The notes: generated by a model not told the origin, from the letters alone. A stretch of 45,550 bases of DNA from Macrostomum lignano (GCA_002269645.1 NIVC01003695.1:1-45550); one strand, 5' to 3'. Counted from the first letter of the stretch, positions 12,201-22,849 are shown. Numbers and translations: made by a program.

Positions 12201-15200
12201 AATCCCAGCTTCCAGTGTACACCCAATCCCAGCCTGCACTGTAGGCCAAATCCCACCCACCCGCCCCGCAGTTGAAGGACTTCCTGAAGTCCAGCATGCT
12301 GGCGCAGCTGTACGGCGGCTACGATCAGAACCAACTGATGGAGGAGTCGCCCGAGGAGGCGCAGCGCCGCGAGGAGACGCTGCGCATCTACAAGGCCACC
12401 AAGGAGGCGCTGAAGATCCTCAGTGACGTCTCGGCCAACACCACGCACACGCCGACTCCGCCGCCTGTGAAGGATGACTGGATCCAGCCGGACTCGATGC
12501 CCGCCCCGCAGCCTCCGACTCACGGCCGGCGAACCCCCGTTGGCGGCGGCCCGCCGTCTCAGCCGCCTCCTGTAGCCGGCCGGCCCGCCGTGCCCTCACG
12601 ACCGGCGCCCTCTGTACCGCGCCCTGGAGGCGCCGGGGCTCCCGGCGGTCAGCTGCCTCCGCCAATGGTGCCACAGTAAGTGCCCAGGCCTCTGGTGTCT
12701 TGGGGGTCTGCGATTTCCTGCATCCCCTATATTGATTGAATAGGCGATCCATGTGTTGCTTTTCTGTAGCTTGATTTGTTGCGCTTCGATTTTAGCTATT
12801 CGATTGGGCGCCAAACTGTGTTTAAAAATTCAATGTAATTTCACTATACAGTATTAGGACTCAGAAGCGCATATAATAAAGCGTTAAGGCACGCCAAACA
12901 GGGTGTCTGAGTAGCGCCAAACAGGGTGTCTGAGTAGCGCCAGACAGGGTGTCTAAGTTGCGCCAAACTGGGTGTTTAAATGGCGCCAGACAGGGTGTCT
13001 AAGTAGCGCCAAACAGGGTGTCTAATTAGCGCCAAACAGGGTGTCTGAGTAGCGCCAGACAGGGTGTCTAAGTTGCGCCAAACAGGGTGTTTAATTAGCG
13101 CCAAACAGGGTGTCTAAGTTGTGCCAAACAGGGTGTCTGAGTAGCGCCAAACAGGGTGTTTAATTAGCGCCAAACAGGGTGCCTAAATGGCGTCAAATAG
13201 GGCTGTTTAAATAGCGCCAAATAGGGGTGTTTAAACAGCACCAAAAGGGTGGTAAATGGCACCAAAAGGGTGGTAAATGGCACCAAAAGGGTGGTAAATG
13301 GCACCAAAAGGGTGGTAAATGGCACCAAAAGGGTGATAAATGGCACCAAAAGGGTGGTAAATGGCACCAAAAGGGTGGTAAATGGCACCAAAAGGGTGAT
13401 AAATGGCACCAAAAGGGTGGTAAATGGCACCAAAAGGGTGATAAATGGCACCAAAAGGGTGGTAAATGGCACCAAAAGGGTGGTAAATGGCGCCAAAAGG
13501 GTGATAAATGGCACCAAAAGGGTGGTAAATGGCGCCAAAAGGGTGATAAATGGCACCAAAAGGGTGGTAAATGGCGCCAAAAGGGTGGTAAATGGCACCA
13601 AAAGGGTGATAAATGGCACCAAAAGGGTGGTAAATGGCACCAAAAGGGTGGTAAATGGCGCCAAACATGGGAGTCCAAAAAGCGCCAAATAAAACGCCCA
13701 GAAGCGCGCCGAAAGAAGAATCAATAAAGTATGCATAAAAAACCGAAATAGGCGGTCTCCACTTGCATGGACTCGCTTGCATTCTTTACCTACCAACCCC
13801 ATCAGACATCGGTCAAAATCGCCAGCTCCTGAGTAAGTTGAACTGTTTTGCGGTCGCTTCCCGTTCTGACTGTCCCGTCTGCTGTGTCCGTGCTTTGAGT
13901 GCTGCTTTGAAAACCGTTGCACTCGCTTCGTCTACTGTCAGTCGCATCACAGTTCGGGATTTTATTGTTTAGAGCCAATAAAATTTTACTTGCCAATCGT
14001 ACTGGCCTTAAAGGCGCACTCGCTCGCACTGAACTCTTTGAACACGCGCTTGTGTAGGAAGCCGCTGGGCCAGCGGTCTGTTTCCACTGGCGCTTTTGGC
14101 TTTGAAGCCGCAGCCGCCGCTTCGTTGGCCGCGTCCTACCAGGCTGCCCAGCCGTTTTCAAAGCAGTAAGACTGTCATATTGGACCGCCTGCACCACCGC
14201 AATCCCTGCGGCTGGCAGTGCTGGATTGGATCTCTGGACTCGGATATATCATCTGTCTGTGTTATCTGTGCTTTAACGGTCTTGGATTTTTATATTTATA
14301 AAACTGACAAGTTAAGATGATTATGCATAAGAGCATTGGATAAAATTCTTATCCAGACAAAGATAAATATTCTTGCAGAATTTAGATTAGCAATTTTGTG
14401 TTCCTCCATTGGCTCTGCGCAGCAATACAATTAATTGCCAGCGAATCTTTTATTCGGACTGAAAAACTCCGATCTCATCTTGGTAGCAATTCGTCTCTCG
14501 GGCAGGACAAACTTTTTGGAGTCGGGATCTCGGCACAGGTCGGGACGGGTTCTCGGGACAGGTCGGGACGGGTTCTCGGGACAGGTCGGGACGGGATCTC
14601 GGGAAAACTCGGGACTGGATCTCCGGACAACTCGGGACGGGATCTCCGGACAACTCGGGACGGGATCTCCGGACAGCTTGGGACGGGATCTCCGGACAAC
14701 TTGGGACGGGATCTCGAGATAGCTCGGGACGGGATCTCGGGACAACTTGGAAAATCTCGGGACAACCTGGAAAAGCTCGGGACAACTTGGAAAAGCTCGG
14801 GACAACTCGGGATCTCAGGACAGCTCGGAACATCTCGGGACAGCTTGGGACGGGATCTCAGGAACACTCGGGATCTCAGGACAGCTCGGGACAGCTTGGT
14901 ACGGGATCTCCGGACAACTTGGGACGGGATCTCGAGATAGCTCGGGACGGGATCTCGGGACAACTTGGAAAATCTCGGGACAACCTGGAAAAGCTCGGGA
15001 CAACTTGAAAAAGCTCGGGACAACTCGGGATCTCAGGACAGCTCGGAACATCTCGGGACAGCTTGGGACGGGATCTCAGGAACACTCGGGATCTCAGGAC
15101 AGCTCGGGACAGCTTGGTACGGGATCTCAGGACAACTTGGGATCTCAGGATAACTCGGGATCTCAGGACCGCTCAGGACAACTCGGGATCTCGGGACAAC

Positions 15201-16915
15201 TCAGGATCTCGGGACAGCTTGGGACGGGATCTCAGGACAACTCGGGATCTCAGGACAACTCGGGATCTCGGGACAGCTCCGGACGGGATCTCGGGACAAC
15301 TCGGGATCTCAGGACAACTCGGGATCTCAGGACCGCTCGGGAAAACTTGGGATCTCGGGACGGGAACTCGAGACAGGATCTCGGGATCTCAAGACAGAAT
15401 CTCATGACAACTCGAGACGAGATCTCAGTACTTGATTTGGCCATAATCACAATCGGAACATCCATAATTACAAACTTTTACTCCATTACTCTACTGCGAG
15501 CGTAACAGCCTTCAGACTGTGAACCACAGGCTCAGAAGAGATATCTGCACAGCTGTTTAGCATATTTATTATACTTGAGAAAAATCTTCCGCTTTCAATT
15601 CTTCAAACATTTTTTCTTTTTCGCTATCTCAACAATAATTTAGAAGCTTGCATACTGCCTAAATAGTCACATTTTCAAAAACTCCTCCCTCAACCAGTCA
15701 AGATTTCCGTGGCAGGATTCTGGAATGGAGATGGAATCCCATTCTAGCACTGCCCGGAATCCCCCTAAAGTCGCAGCTGGCACTCAGCTAAGCTTCAATC
15801 CGACTGCCTTTTGCTCTCTATTTAACCGGCTGATCAATGCGGTGGAAATGTTTCAACTGGATACTTGCTACACGCTACTTACTACTGCCTGCTCTTCTTC
15901 AGCAGTAGTGCAATACGCTTATTAGACGTATTTTTGCTATTTGTTCAATTTCCGTCACCGATTGTAGGCGAGCTGTGAATGACAGCCACGGCCTGCCGCC
16001 GCCCCTGCTGCCTGCGTGAGTAGCGAGCCGCCGGGCCCCTCGCTTCCCTCATCGGCTTTTTTATCCTCGCTCATTTTTATTTGCCTGAGTGGCATTCTGT
16101 TGCTTGATCGCATGCTCCTTTTTGCTTTAGAAGCAGTCAGATTTAATTGCCAATATTTCCTTAAGTATTATTTTTATTTTAAAGTATACTTTTCACTGCA
16201 TACAAACACAAGTTTATGTCTTGCATGCTCGTATGAAAATATTTTGGCAAATTATACTCACCCACTCATTATGGCTGTTGTGCCACCCTCCCAGATCCTC
16301 AGTTGCTGTACCAGCCTCCCAGATCCTCAGTTGCTGGGCCAGCCTCCCAGATCCTCAGTTGCTGGGGCAGCCTCCAAGATCCTCAGTTGCTGGGCCAGCC
16401 TCCCAGATCCTCAGTTGCTGGGCCAGCCTCCCAGATCCTCAGTTGCTGGGCCAGCCTCCAAGATCCTCTGTTGCTGGGCAAGCCTCCCAGATCCTCAGTT
16501 GCTGGGCCAGCCTCCAAGCTCCTCAGTTGCTGGGCCAGCCTCCCAGAGTGTCAGTTGCTGAGGCCAGCCTCCCTGAGTGTCAGTTGCTGAGGCCAGCCTC
16601 CCAGATCCTCTGTTGCTGGGCCAGCCTCCCAGATCCCCAGTTGCTGGGCCACCGCCGCCCTCCCATGCCCAGGGTGCGGGGCGCCAGACCCAGCACCAGG
16701 ATCAGTATTGCATGTTCGTGTTGTTGCAAAGCCAAAAAGCGGCACATTTCTCATAGACTCCGAGCTATCGTATACTAGGATTCGACTCTGCTTGTCTAGA
16801 AAGCTCGCATAGAAACTGTTTCAGCGGTTCGGCAGCCGACCCCCCCCCTGCACCGTCCCGCAGGCGGCCAACATCCGGCACGCCGCCCATTCCGTCCAGG
16901 CCGAACATGGGCTGA
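278..16915 (+). CDS. DNM1: Classical dynamin (GTPase-middle-PH-GED-PRD), multi-exon, 5'-partial
   Basis: Manual GT-AG splicing with matching phases: 278-351 ([19 protein letters not shown]), 1210-1550 ([12 protein letters not shown]), 1640-1790 (TKLDLMD), 2000-2258, 2457-2589 ([15 protein letters not shown]), 4883-4950, 5398-5694 ([11 protein letters not shown]...[11 protein letters not shown]), 5778-5826, 7981-8094, 9065-9177 and 9279-9405 (PH domain), 11059-11229 or 11379-11525 (GED), 12272-12675, 15968-16015, 16825-16915 (ends [10 protein letters not shown]). The PH domain plus PRD indicates classical dynamin rather than Drp1. Several 1-bp deletions lie in 1210-2258. The symbol denotes the DNM1/2/3-shibire orthology group. 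Confidence 0.95.
458..1195. repeat. 30-bp minisatellite with two related unit types
   Basis: CCCTGACCCCACCACCATCTTCAAGACCTT grades into CCCTGACCCCACTGCCATCTCCAACACCCG. Ends about 14 nt before the acceptor at 1209. Confidence 0.95.
1803..1931. repeat. 23-bp minisatellite, about 5.5 copies
   Basis: ACTGCTCAGACTCTACTCCACTG. Confidence 0.95.
2703..3155. repeat. 45-bp minisatellite, about 10 copies
   Basis: CCAGTGCTGGAGTACAAAGATTTTATCGCTACATATCGGATTCTT. Confidence 0.95.
3241..3716. repeat. 26-bp minisatellite, about 18 copies
   Basis: GGGCACTGAGCCAGAATAGAAGCAGA. Confidence 0.95.
4168..4655. repeat. 24-bp minisatellite, about 20 copies
   Basis: ACAATTGGGCAGACACTGAGACA(A/G). Confidence 0.95.
5095..5362. 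repeat. 21-bp minisatellite, about 12 copies
   Basis: ATTTCCCATGTTGAGAGTC(C/T)C. Confidence 0.95.
6537..7152 (-). mobile_element. Non-autonomous Tc1/mariner deletion derivative in a dynamin intron
   Basis: Ends CACTCAGCAACAGTC...GACTGTTGCTGAGTG, with imperfect TIRs of about 115 bp and TA on both flanks (6535-6536, 7153-7154). Internal minus ORF 6665-6982 ([13 protein letters not shown]...[16 protein letters not shown]...[11 protein letters not shown]) resembles the Tc1 N-terminal HTH region. No DDE domain is present. Confidence 0.88.
7430..7605. repeat. 23-bp minisatellite with degenerate 5' flank
   Basis: CTAGAGATGGGATCTCTGGGAT(G/T). Confidence 0.9.
8115..9046. repeat. 39-bp minisatellite filling a PH-domain intron, about 23 copies
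   Basis: GACCCACTGATTCTTCAATGACCCACTGACTCCTTCCCT. Confidence 0.95.
9722..11047. repeat. 49-bp minisatellite, about 27 copies
   Basis: CTCAGCTAT(G/A)ATTGGCTATTGCTCTCACTC(A/G)CTGGTTGCACTGAGAATG. Confidence 0.95.
11059..11229 (+). CDS. Dynamin GED exon A (divergent duplicate, candidate alternative exon)
   Basis: cctcag| acceptor, 171 nt, phase 0-0, |gtaggg donor. Encodes [57 protein letters not shown], colinear with exon B. Confidence 0.8.
11379..11525 (+). CDS. Dynamin GED exon B (canonical)
   Basis: ccccag| acceptor, 147 nt, phase 0-0, |gtaatg donor. Encodes [49 protein letters not shown], which matches the classical dynamin [18 protein letters not shown] motif. Confidence 0.92.
11815..12237. 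repeat. 24-bp minisatellite, about 17 copies
   Basis: GTGTACACCCAATCCCAGCTTCCA. Confidence 0.95.
12890..13665. repeat. Compound 23-bp then 21-bp minisatellite
   Basis: AGCGCCAAACAGGGTGTCTGAGT followed by AAATGGCACCAAAAGGGTG(G/A)T. Confidence 0.95.
14520..15420. repeat. Degenerate 9-bp-based satellite with a 218-bp higher-order duplication
   Basis: CTCGGGA(C/T)-type monomers. The blocks starting at 14747 and 14965 are near-identical. Confidence 0.9.
15968..16015 (+). CDS. Dynamin PRD mini-exon ([15 protein letters not shown])
   Basis: ttgtag| acceptor and |gtgagt donor, 48 nt, phase 2-2. In frame with 12272-12675 and 16825-16915. Confidence 0.7.
16285..16645. repeat. 28-bp minisatellite, about 12 copies
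   Basis: CCTCCCAGATCCTCAGTTGCTGGGCCAG. Confidence 0.95.
16633..16704 (+). CDS. Possible optional dynamin PRD exon ([23 protein letters not shown])
   Basis: ctcccag| acceptor in phase 2 and Pro-rich translation. Weak donors at 16705 (gtattg) or 16714 (gttcgt) both keep the frame. Confidence 0.35.
16825..16915 (+). CDS. Dynamin terminal PRD exon
   Basis: gtttcag| acceptor in phase 2. Encodes [29 protein letters not shown], with a PxxP/PSRP SH3-ligand motif typical of dynamin tails. Confidence 0.75.
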
Positions 16916-19900
16916 TTGTTTCTGGGCGCCTAGCAACCGATCGAGGCCTTGATTACGAGTTTCGAACATAAAAGATTTGCTTAACATAAATTATCACTTT
17001 ATTGTTTATATCTATTCAAAGTTATCAGAGCTGTAAACTGAAGCTGCAGCTAGTTGAAATTATGAATTAATTATGCTGCCAGCCTGCTGATTGTGAGCTT
17101 CTGTGTGATAATTCAATCAAATAATGCTTACTCAGCTCCCCATTTTTCAGGTTTAGTATTTGTTTTGTAGAAACCAATTCTCCCATTCTGTTCAATTTGC
17201 TATCTGCGATTCAAGCAATTTATTTGATTTTCTGTTGCTAACTGAAATGCGACTTATTGAGCGTCACAATCACTTCGATTTTCGTTTGCCAATCTGTCAC
17301 CATAGTAACCTGCGTACACCTGTCGTTGTAGCCGGAGTACTCAACATAAATAACTTTATCTACTGATATTAGCAACCACATTGATGTTATTAGTTTGATG
17401 CTTACCTTGGCCCTGACCAGCCATGACCCTGCAAAAAAAAATTGACGTTGTGTCGCGCACAAACCATTTTGCCTACGAGTTATTACGATTTGTTAGTCTT
17501 CTGTACGAGTCAGTCAATGAATACTTTATTAGAAGCTACGAGGCACAATTCATATACTGTCGGTAATTAGTTTAAAAACGTAAAAGAATGAAGCATGAGA
17601 ATAGAAAATCTGTTAACATTCTGCTAGTACTACTTATTTCATGAGTAAGCGTAAGCGACAAGGCCAGGTGCATCTAGGAATTTAGGTAATTTTTGTTTAC
17701 TACACATCGTGCTGTGTTGGCCCGCAATATTGATCGTTATTTTTATTTTCATGTAGGTTATTGAGTTGTTATTCTAATATGCTATCCGCTGACTGCCAGT
17801 TGTAAAAGTTGTCACCAATAACCCAAGTATACTTGTAGTACGCAGGTGGCAATTGACTGATGCATGTAACTCCGCTCGATTCCTGTAATGCACTGTGGCT
17901 AATTTAGTCGCATTTTCAATCTGTTTTGCAGTAGCCTGGAACCCGAAACATCCGCCATGCAGGCTCGCATATTCCATCCTAACTTCAGTCGGTTCCTCAT
18001 TGTAAAATGCTTAAAGATGTTCGATACTGGTGGATCCCGCTGCTTAATTAATTCATTTCGATTCCAATTGTCTGCAGGTGAAGAATGTCTGGCCAATTCT
18101 GATTATATTAGTACCGGCTATTATTATTCGGCGCCAACCGTACTTGTACTAATTTGCCTCATCGTATATCAACTACAATGTATTATTCCATGATATATAC
18201 TAATTAATTGATACTAAATGGCTTTTCATGCTTTCGTTGTCTGCATAAATCAATCAACTCTGCGCTTTAGCTGGGCACAATGGATCTCCACTGTCGATTA
18301 TAATTTGCACTAATATCACCTGTAACTCGATTCCTTGACCAACTTTCCCATTCCCTGCCCATTGAGTTTCAAGCCTGACCATCCTCAGAGAGCGCACAAT
18401 TTGCCCCAAAGTTTGTTCTTTCTACAAACGGCTAAAAATAATAGCGGATCGATCTGCGCGTGAATGCGTACTTCTATATCTTATTTACACGCATATACAC
18501 ATTTACGACATGATGGTTATATTAATAAATTGATTTTTCTTGCGCGCTACTTTTGCGCTTTCGTCGTGCGGTTTATTCATTTGGCGCATAAGTTCTCTCA
18601 GTTGATGCAAAATTTTTAGGCTTTTTGATATTTTGCGCATCAGCGCGGGGTGTGTAGTTTTCTTGTCCCTTTCATATAGCTTATACATCACATGTACGAG
18701 TACATGTAGTAGTTTCTTAGTAGCGGTTCTAGGGTTTTGTAGAATAGCTTTGTTTATTGTATGTTACAAGTTGCAGATTAAAGTACTCGTGCTTTGTTTC
18801 AATGCACAATTACATGTATATCCGGGCGATAATGCAATTCAGGATCCAGGTCCAAAAAATTACTAAAAAAATAAATCTTTCGCCATATTCTTGATTTAAA
18901 ATGACAATCGGTTTGCAGCTTAAATAAGCAAAAAACAACTTCAAAAAAGGCTAAAAGCCAACTACTACGTGCAATAGTTTGTTAGCTTTGATCAGGATCA
19001 ATAACTCAGGACCACCGTAGTATAGTGTAGTATAACATGGTGGTCCTTGAGTTAACTACTGAAGAAATCTAGGAATGTATTTTCCTCATTAATGTGGATT
19101 GTCGTGGAGGTGAGTCAAAATTGTTGTCTTTGATCGTTAATAAGCAAGAAAAGATAATTAGGTCTAATCTAAAATTAAAATATAACAGATAATTTTTTAC
19201 TTTTTTCTAAAATAAAATGCTTTGAAGATGCCAATAAAATAAATTAAACATTTATTTTGTTAAAGTCTACCAAAGATAAGAAAATTCAAAGCTTAAGTCT
19301 CTTTCGTCATAACTTTTTGTCACTACTGTTTTACTAATACTAGCTTGACACAAAAATTATTTACAGTATCATTTATCCTGTGGTGTATTCAAAATGTATT
19401 CACTCAAGGCAGTCAGCTATGTGCAGCGGACCATTCAGGCTACGTCTAAATTATCTCCTCTCAGTGCAACGGTAAGCAACAGCAACAAGCTATTAACTTC
19501 TCAAATGTTTATTCGACTAGTCCGTGCTCTATAACATTTTGATTTTTGTGATTGTGGGGGAAGAGCCAGCGAACTAGCCACGAAGGTACCATGGTGAACG
19601 GCGAAGTGCAAGCAGAATGAAAGGAATCTGATGTCTAATTGCTAATACTACTTGAGTCTACTCTAAAGTCTGTTAAACTAATAACTTAGGATTAAGGGTT
19701 CAAAGGCTTTAGTTTAGATGGCCTAGTTGAAAAAAATCTATACTTTAAAATTTGAAATATGCCTATTAGACCGATTGCTATATGCTTTTTGTTGTATATT
19801 TTCCATTTCATTCATAATATAATAATTTAAATTTACTTAAAAGGCCTAGTTTTGTAAAATGCAATATGCATAGCCATAGGCTAGACCAAAGGTTGGCAAA

Positions 19901-21293
19901 CTCCAGCCTGAACACATCCTTCAAGTCTGGCCCACAGCACCCTTACCATCTAACAATGTAAAAATAGCCTACAAATCAATTTTGTGTTGAACTTGAAGCA
20001 TTAAACTTTACAAGTAAAATTAGCTTTTGACCCATTAGGCCTATTTCTCAACCCATAGTCTGGATCATGTTGGGTGCATGCCCATACAAAAAAAATTATG
20101 AGTGCATGCAGAAAAAAATTAAGTGCACACCCATTCTTAAAACTATACTGGTATTGCAGTAATAAATGTCCTTTTTATGTTGTGACAATAAACAACCTTT
20201 TTTGAATTATATAATAATATATCCTTTTGGGAAATAATTTGGTTGATTTTTATGCTTTTTAGGCAATAATATTTATTACAAAAAATCAATACATACAAAT
20301 ACTTGTTTCAATGCGCATGCTTTATTATGAGCTTAAAAAATCTTTTTTTCTATTTCACAATAACTTTTCTACTAGATTTTATAAAAGTGCATGCCAGGTG
20401 TGCATACACACTTTTCTTAGGAGTGATGCATGCCTACTTTTGGCATGCAAGGCCAATGTATGCCTGAAGTTTTGGGCATATACTACAATTACATAATCCA
20501 GAGTGTGGTTATATGTTTTTACATGGGGTTACATTGTTGGTTGTATTTGGTCTAATGATTTGGTTTTTTTTGTTTATTACTTTTTTTAAAATGTTTGACT
20601 TTTTTTCAAAAAAATATTATCAAGAAAATATTTAAAAATGTATTGATTGAAAAACATTTAGTAAAATATTGTTATTGTATTCTGATAAAATACTAAAAAC
20701 ACTTTAAAATCTGTTTTTTTTTCTCTCAAAAAATGATTTCATAATAAAAATTATATTTAAAATATTAAAAAATTCAACCTGTATGACCAATGCCTTGCAT
20801 TGCAAGCATCAATTTTTTATGTAGAATTTATTGTAGATTGTTTTATATGTATTCATTTTTAATTTTGTTGCCCTCATTTTTGTGGCCCACAATTTAAAAC
20901 ATGACCCCCCCATGACATGTATATTGGTATTGCTACCAGATTAGGAACACAAAATTGGTATCTAAAGGTACCTAAAAATGAAGAAAATGAGTATAAAAAT
21001 CAACAAGACACAATTTAAAAGCACAATAAATACTTTATAGCAAAGCAATAAATTGTTAAAAGATATAATATGCTAAAATGACATTTAATACCATAGCATA
21101 GACATATAAAAAGATTGAAATAAAAAACTATTTGTTACATGTTTTTAATTAAAAGAAAAATGTCTTTTTTTCTTTCTTTTATCCAATCTACTATTTATTT
21201 TGTTATTTACTTTTTTTTGCTTTTCTCTTTAATATGTTCATATAGTTTTTTGACTTGCATTTTCTGACATTTTTTCAATTATTGTGTATGTTA

Positions 21294-22213
21294 TAGTGTT
21301 CCGCCGTAATTACGGCTATGGCTATGGCAAATTACGGCTACGACACTTTTGAAGCCATATTTTCATTACGGATTACGGTTACGGACATATTTTCAGCTTA
21401 CGGTTACGGTTACGGATTACGGAGATTTTTCTAGACTTGCCATAATTGGTAGCCGTAACAAAAATTATTTATTTTTAACTGTTTGGTGTTGCAAAAGAAA
21501 TTTTTTTATATCAACTTCAACCAGTTTTCATTTTTTTTACTAGTTATTATTTTTTTTACTTTTTTAAGTTTCTAAATATCTACGAAACTTTTTGAAAACG
21601 AAAAACGATTTTTTCCTGAATTTTCTCATTAGGCATACAGCATAGCATAGCGATAGCATGATAGCAGCGAGACAGAGAGAGCCAGTCAAAGCCTGCAAGA
21701 GACTAAGAATCTGGCATTTTGAAGTCATCGGAAATTTTGAAGCAGTTTTATTTGAACAAATTCATATATTTATTTAATGATATTAAACATACACATTGAC
21801 CTTGGCACGTCAGTCATACATCCATATTGTAGCGAAACAAAACAGAATCACAACACAGAAAACTGAAAAAGGCACCAAGCACACAATTGCATACAACAAT
21901 GCTATAGAATACTTAGATAAAGATAATAAGATATTATATTTACGAAAAAAATAAATGAATATTAATGCATGAACGAACAACAAGTAGGTTTTATTGCTAT
22001 CCTTTTATCCTTTTTATCTGTCCTTTTCTGTCTGCCCCACTTTTCATGCAAAAATATCAATTTTTGTTATACATTACGGCTATGGTTACGGCAAATTACA
22101 GTTACGGACTTTTTTAGCCCGTAATGAAAGCAAAATTCGGCTACGGAAGTTGCTTCTTTCTTACGGCTACGGTTACGGTTACGGAGGTCAAAACTCGCGG
22201 CGGCGGAACACTA
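21294..22213. mobile_element. hAT-family MITE (920 bp)
   Basis: Perfect 13-bp TIR TAGTGTTCCGCCG / CGGCGGAACACTA. Exact 8-bp TSD GTATGTTA (21286-21293, 22214-22221). Clustered subterminal TTACGG/CTACGG motifs at both ends and no ORF. Confidence 0.9.
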
Positions 22214-22849
22214 GTATGTTAATAGATTGCAGTTCTTATGGGAAAAATACATGAAAGTCATACAAGTCAAAGAAATTGGGACAATAAAATGATCATCACT
22301 TTTTTATTTTCCTAGGCTAATTTTCATGAACTAATTGTTTTTTAAAACTCTTCTCAATGTTTGCATTTTATTGTGTAGATCTTATTGAGAGGTTTTGGAA
22401 AATATTTAGTTTATAAAAATAGGTCCAAAAAGTTATTGTGACAATTTCTTAGATTTTTATGTATTTTTTATCATAAGGACTGTGATCTATTGAATGCATA
22501 CAAAAATTGAATAAATAAATAAAATTAAATGAAATATTTTCAATGCACCAAGGCTAGGGTATTAAATGTCATTTTAGTATATTATTATTTCTTTCAACAA
22601 TTTATTGATCCCCTTAAAGCATTTATTGTGCTTTTGAATTATTTTGTTTACTTTTATATTATTTTACTTAGTTTTAGGTGCACACTCTGTTCTTAATCTA
22701 GTAGCAATACTGATATACATGATATTAGGGGAGCATGTTTCAAATGTCTGAGCAAAAATGTGAAGGGCCGTCCATTGCATTTTAAATGTCTCTTGTTTGG
22801 TAGTGCTTAGAGTAAAAGTAAAAATGCCATCCCTCCCTCCCTTGTCCAG

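Noticed and set aside
16925-16938. X-box half site CCTAGCAAC
   Set aside because: The left half does not match, and it lies in the dynamin 3' UTR.
19880-20900. Possible degenerate hAT ends (GGTTGGCAAAC...GGCCC)
   Set aside because: No matching TIR pair or TSD could be found.
21994-22254. ORF with GYGYG resembling a K+ channel filter
   Set aside because: It derives from TTACGG subterminal repeats of the hAT MITE.
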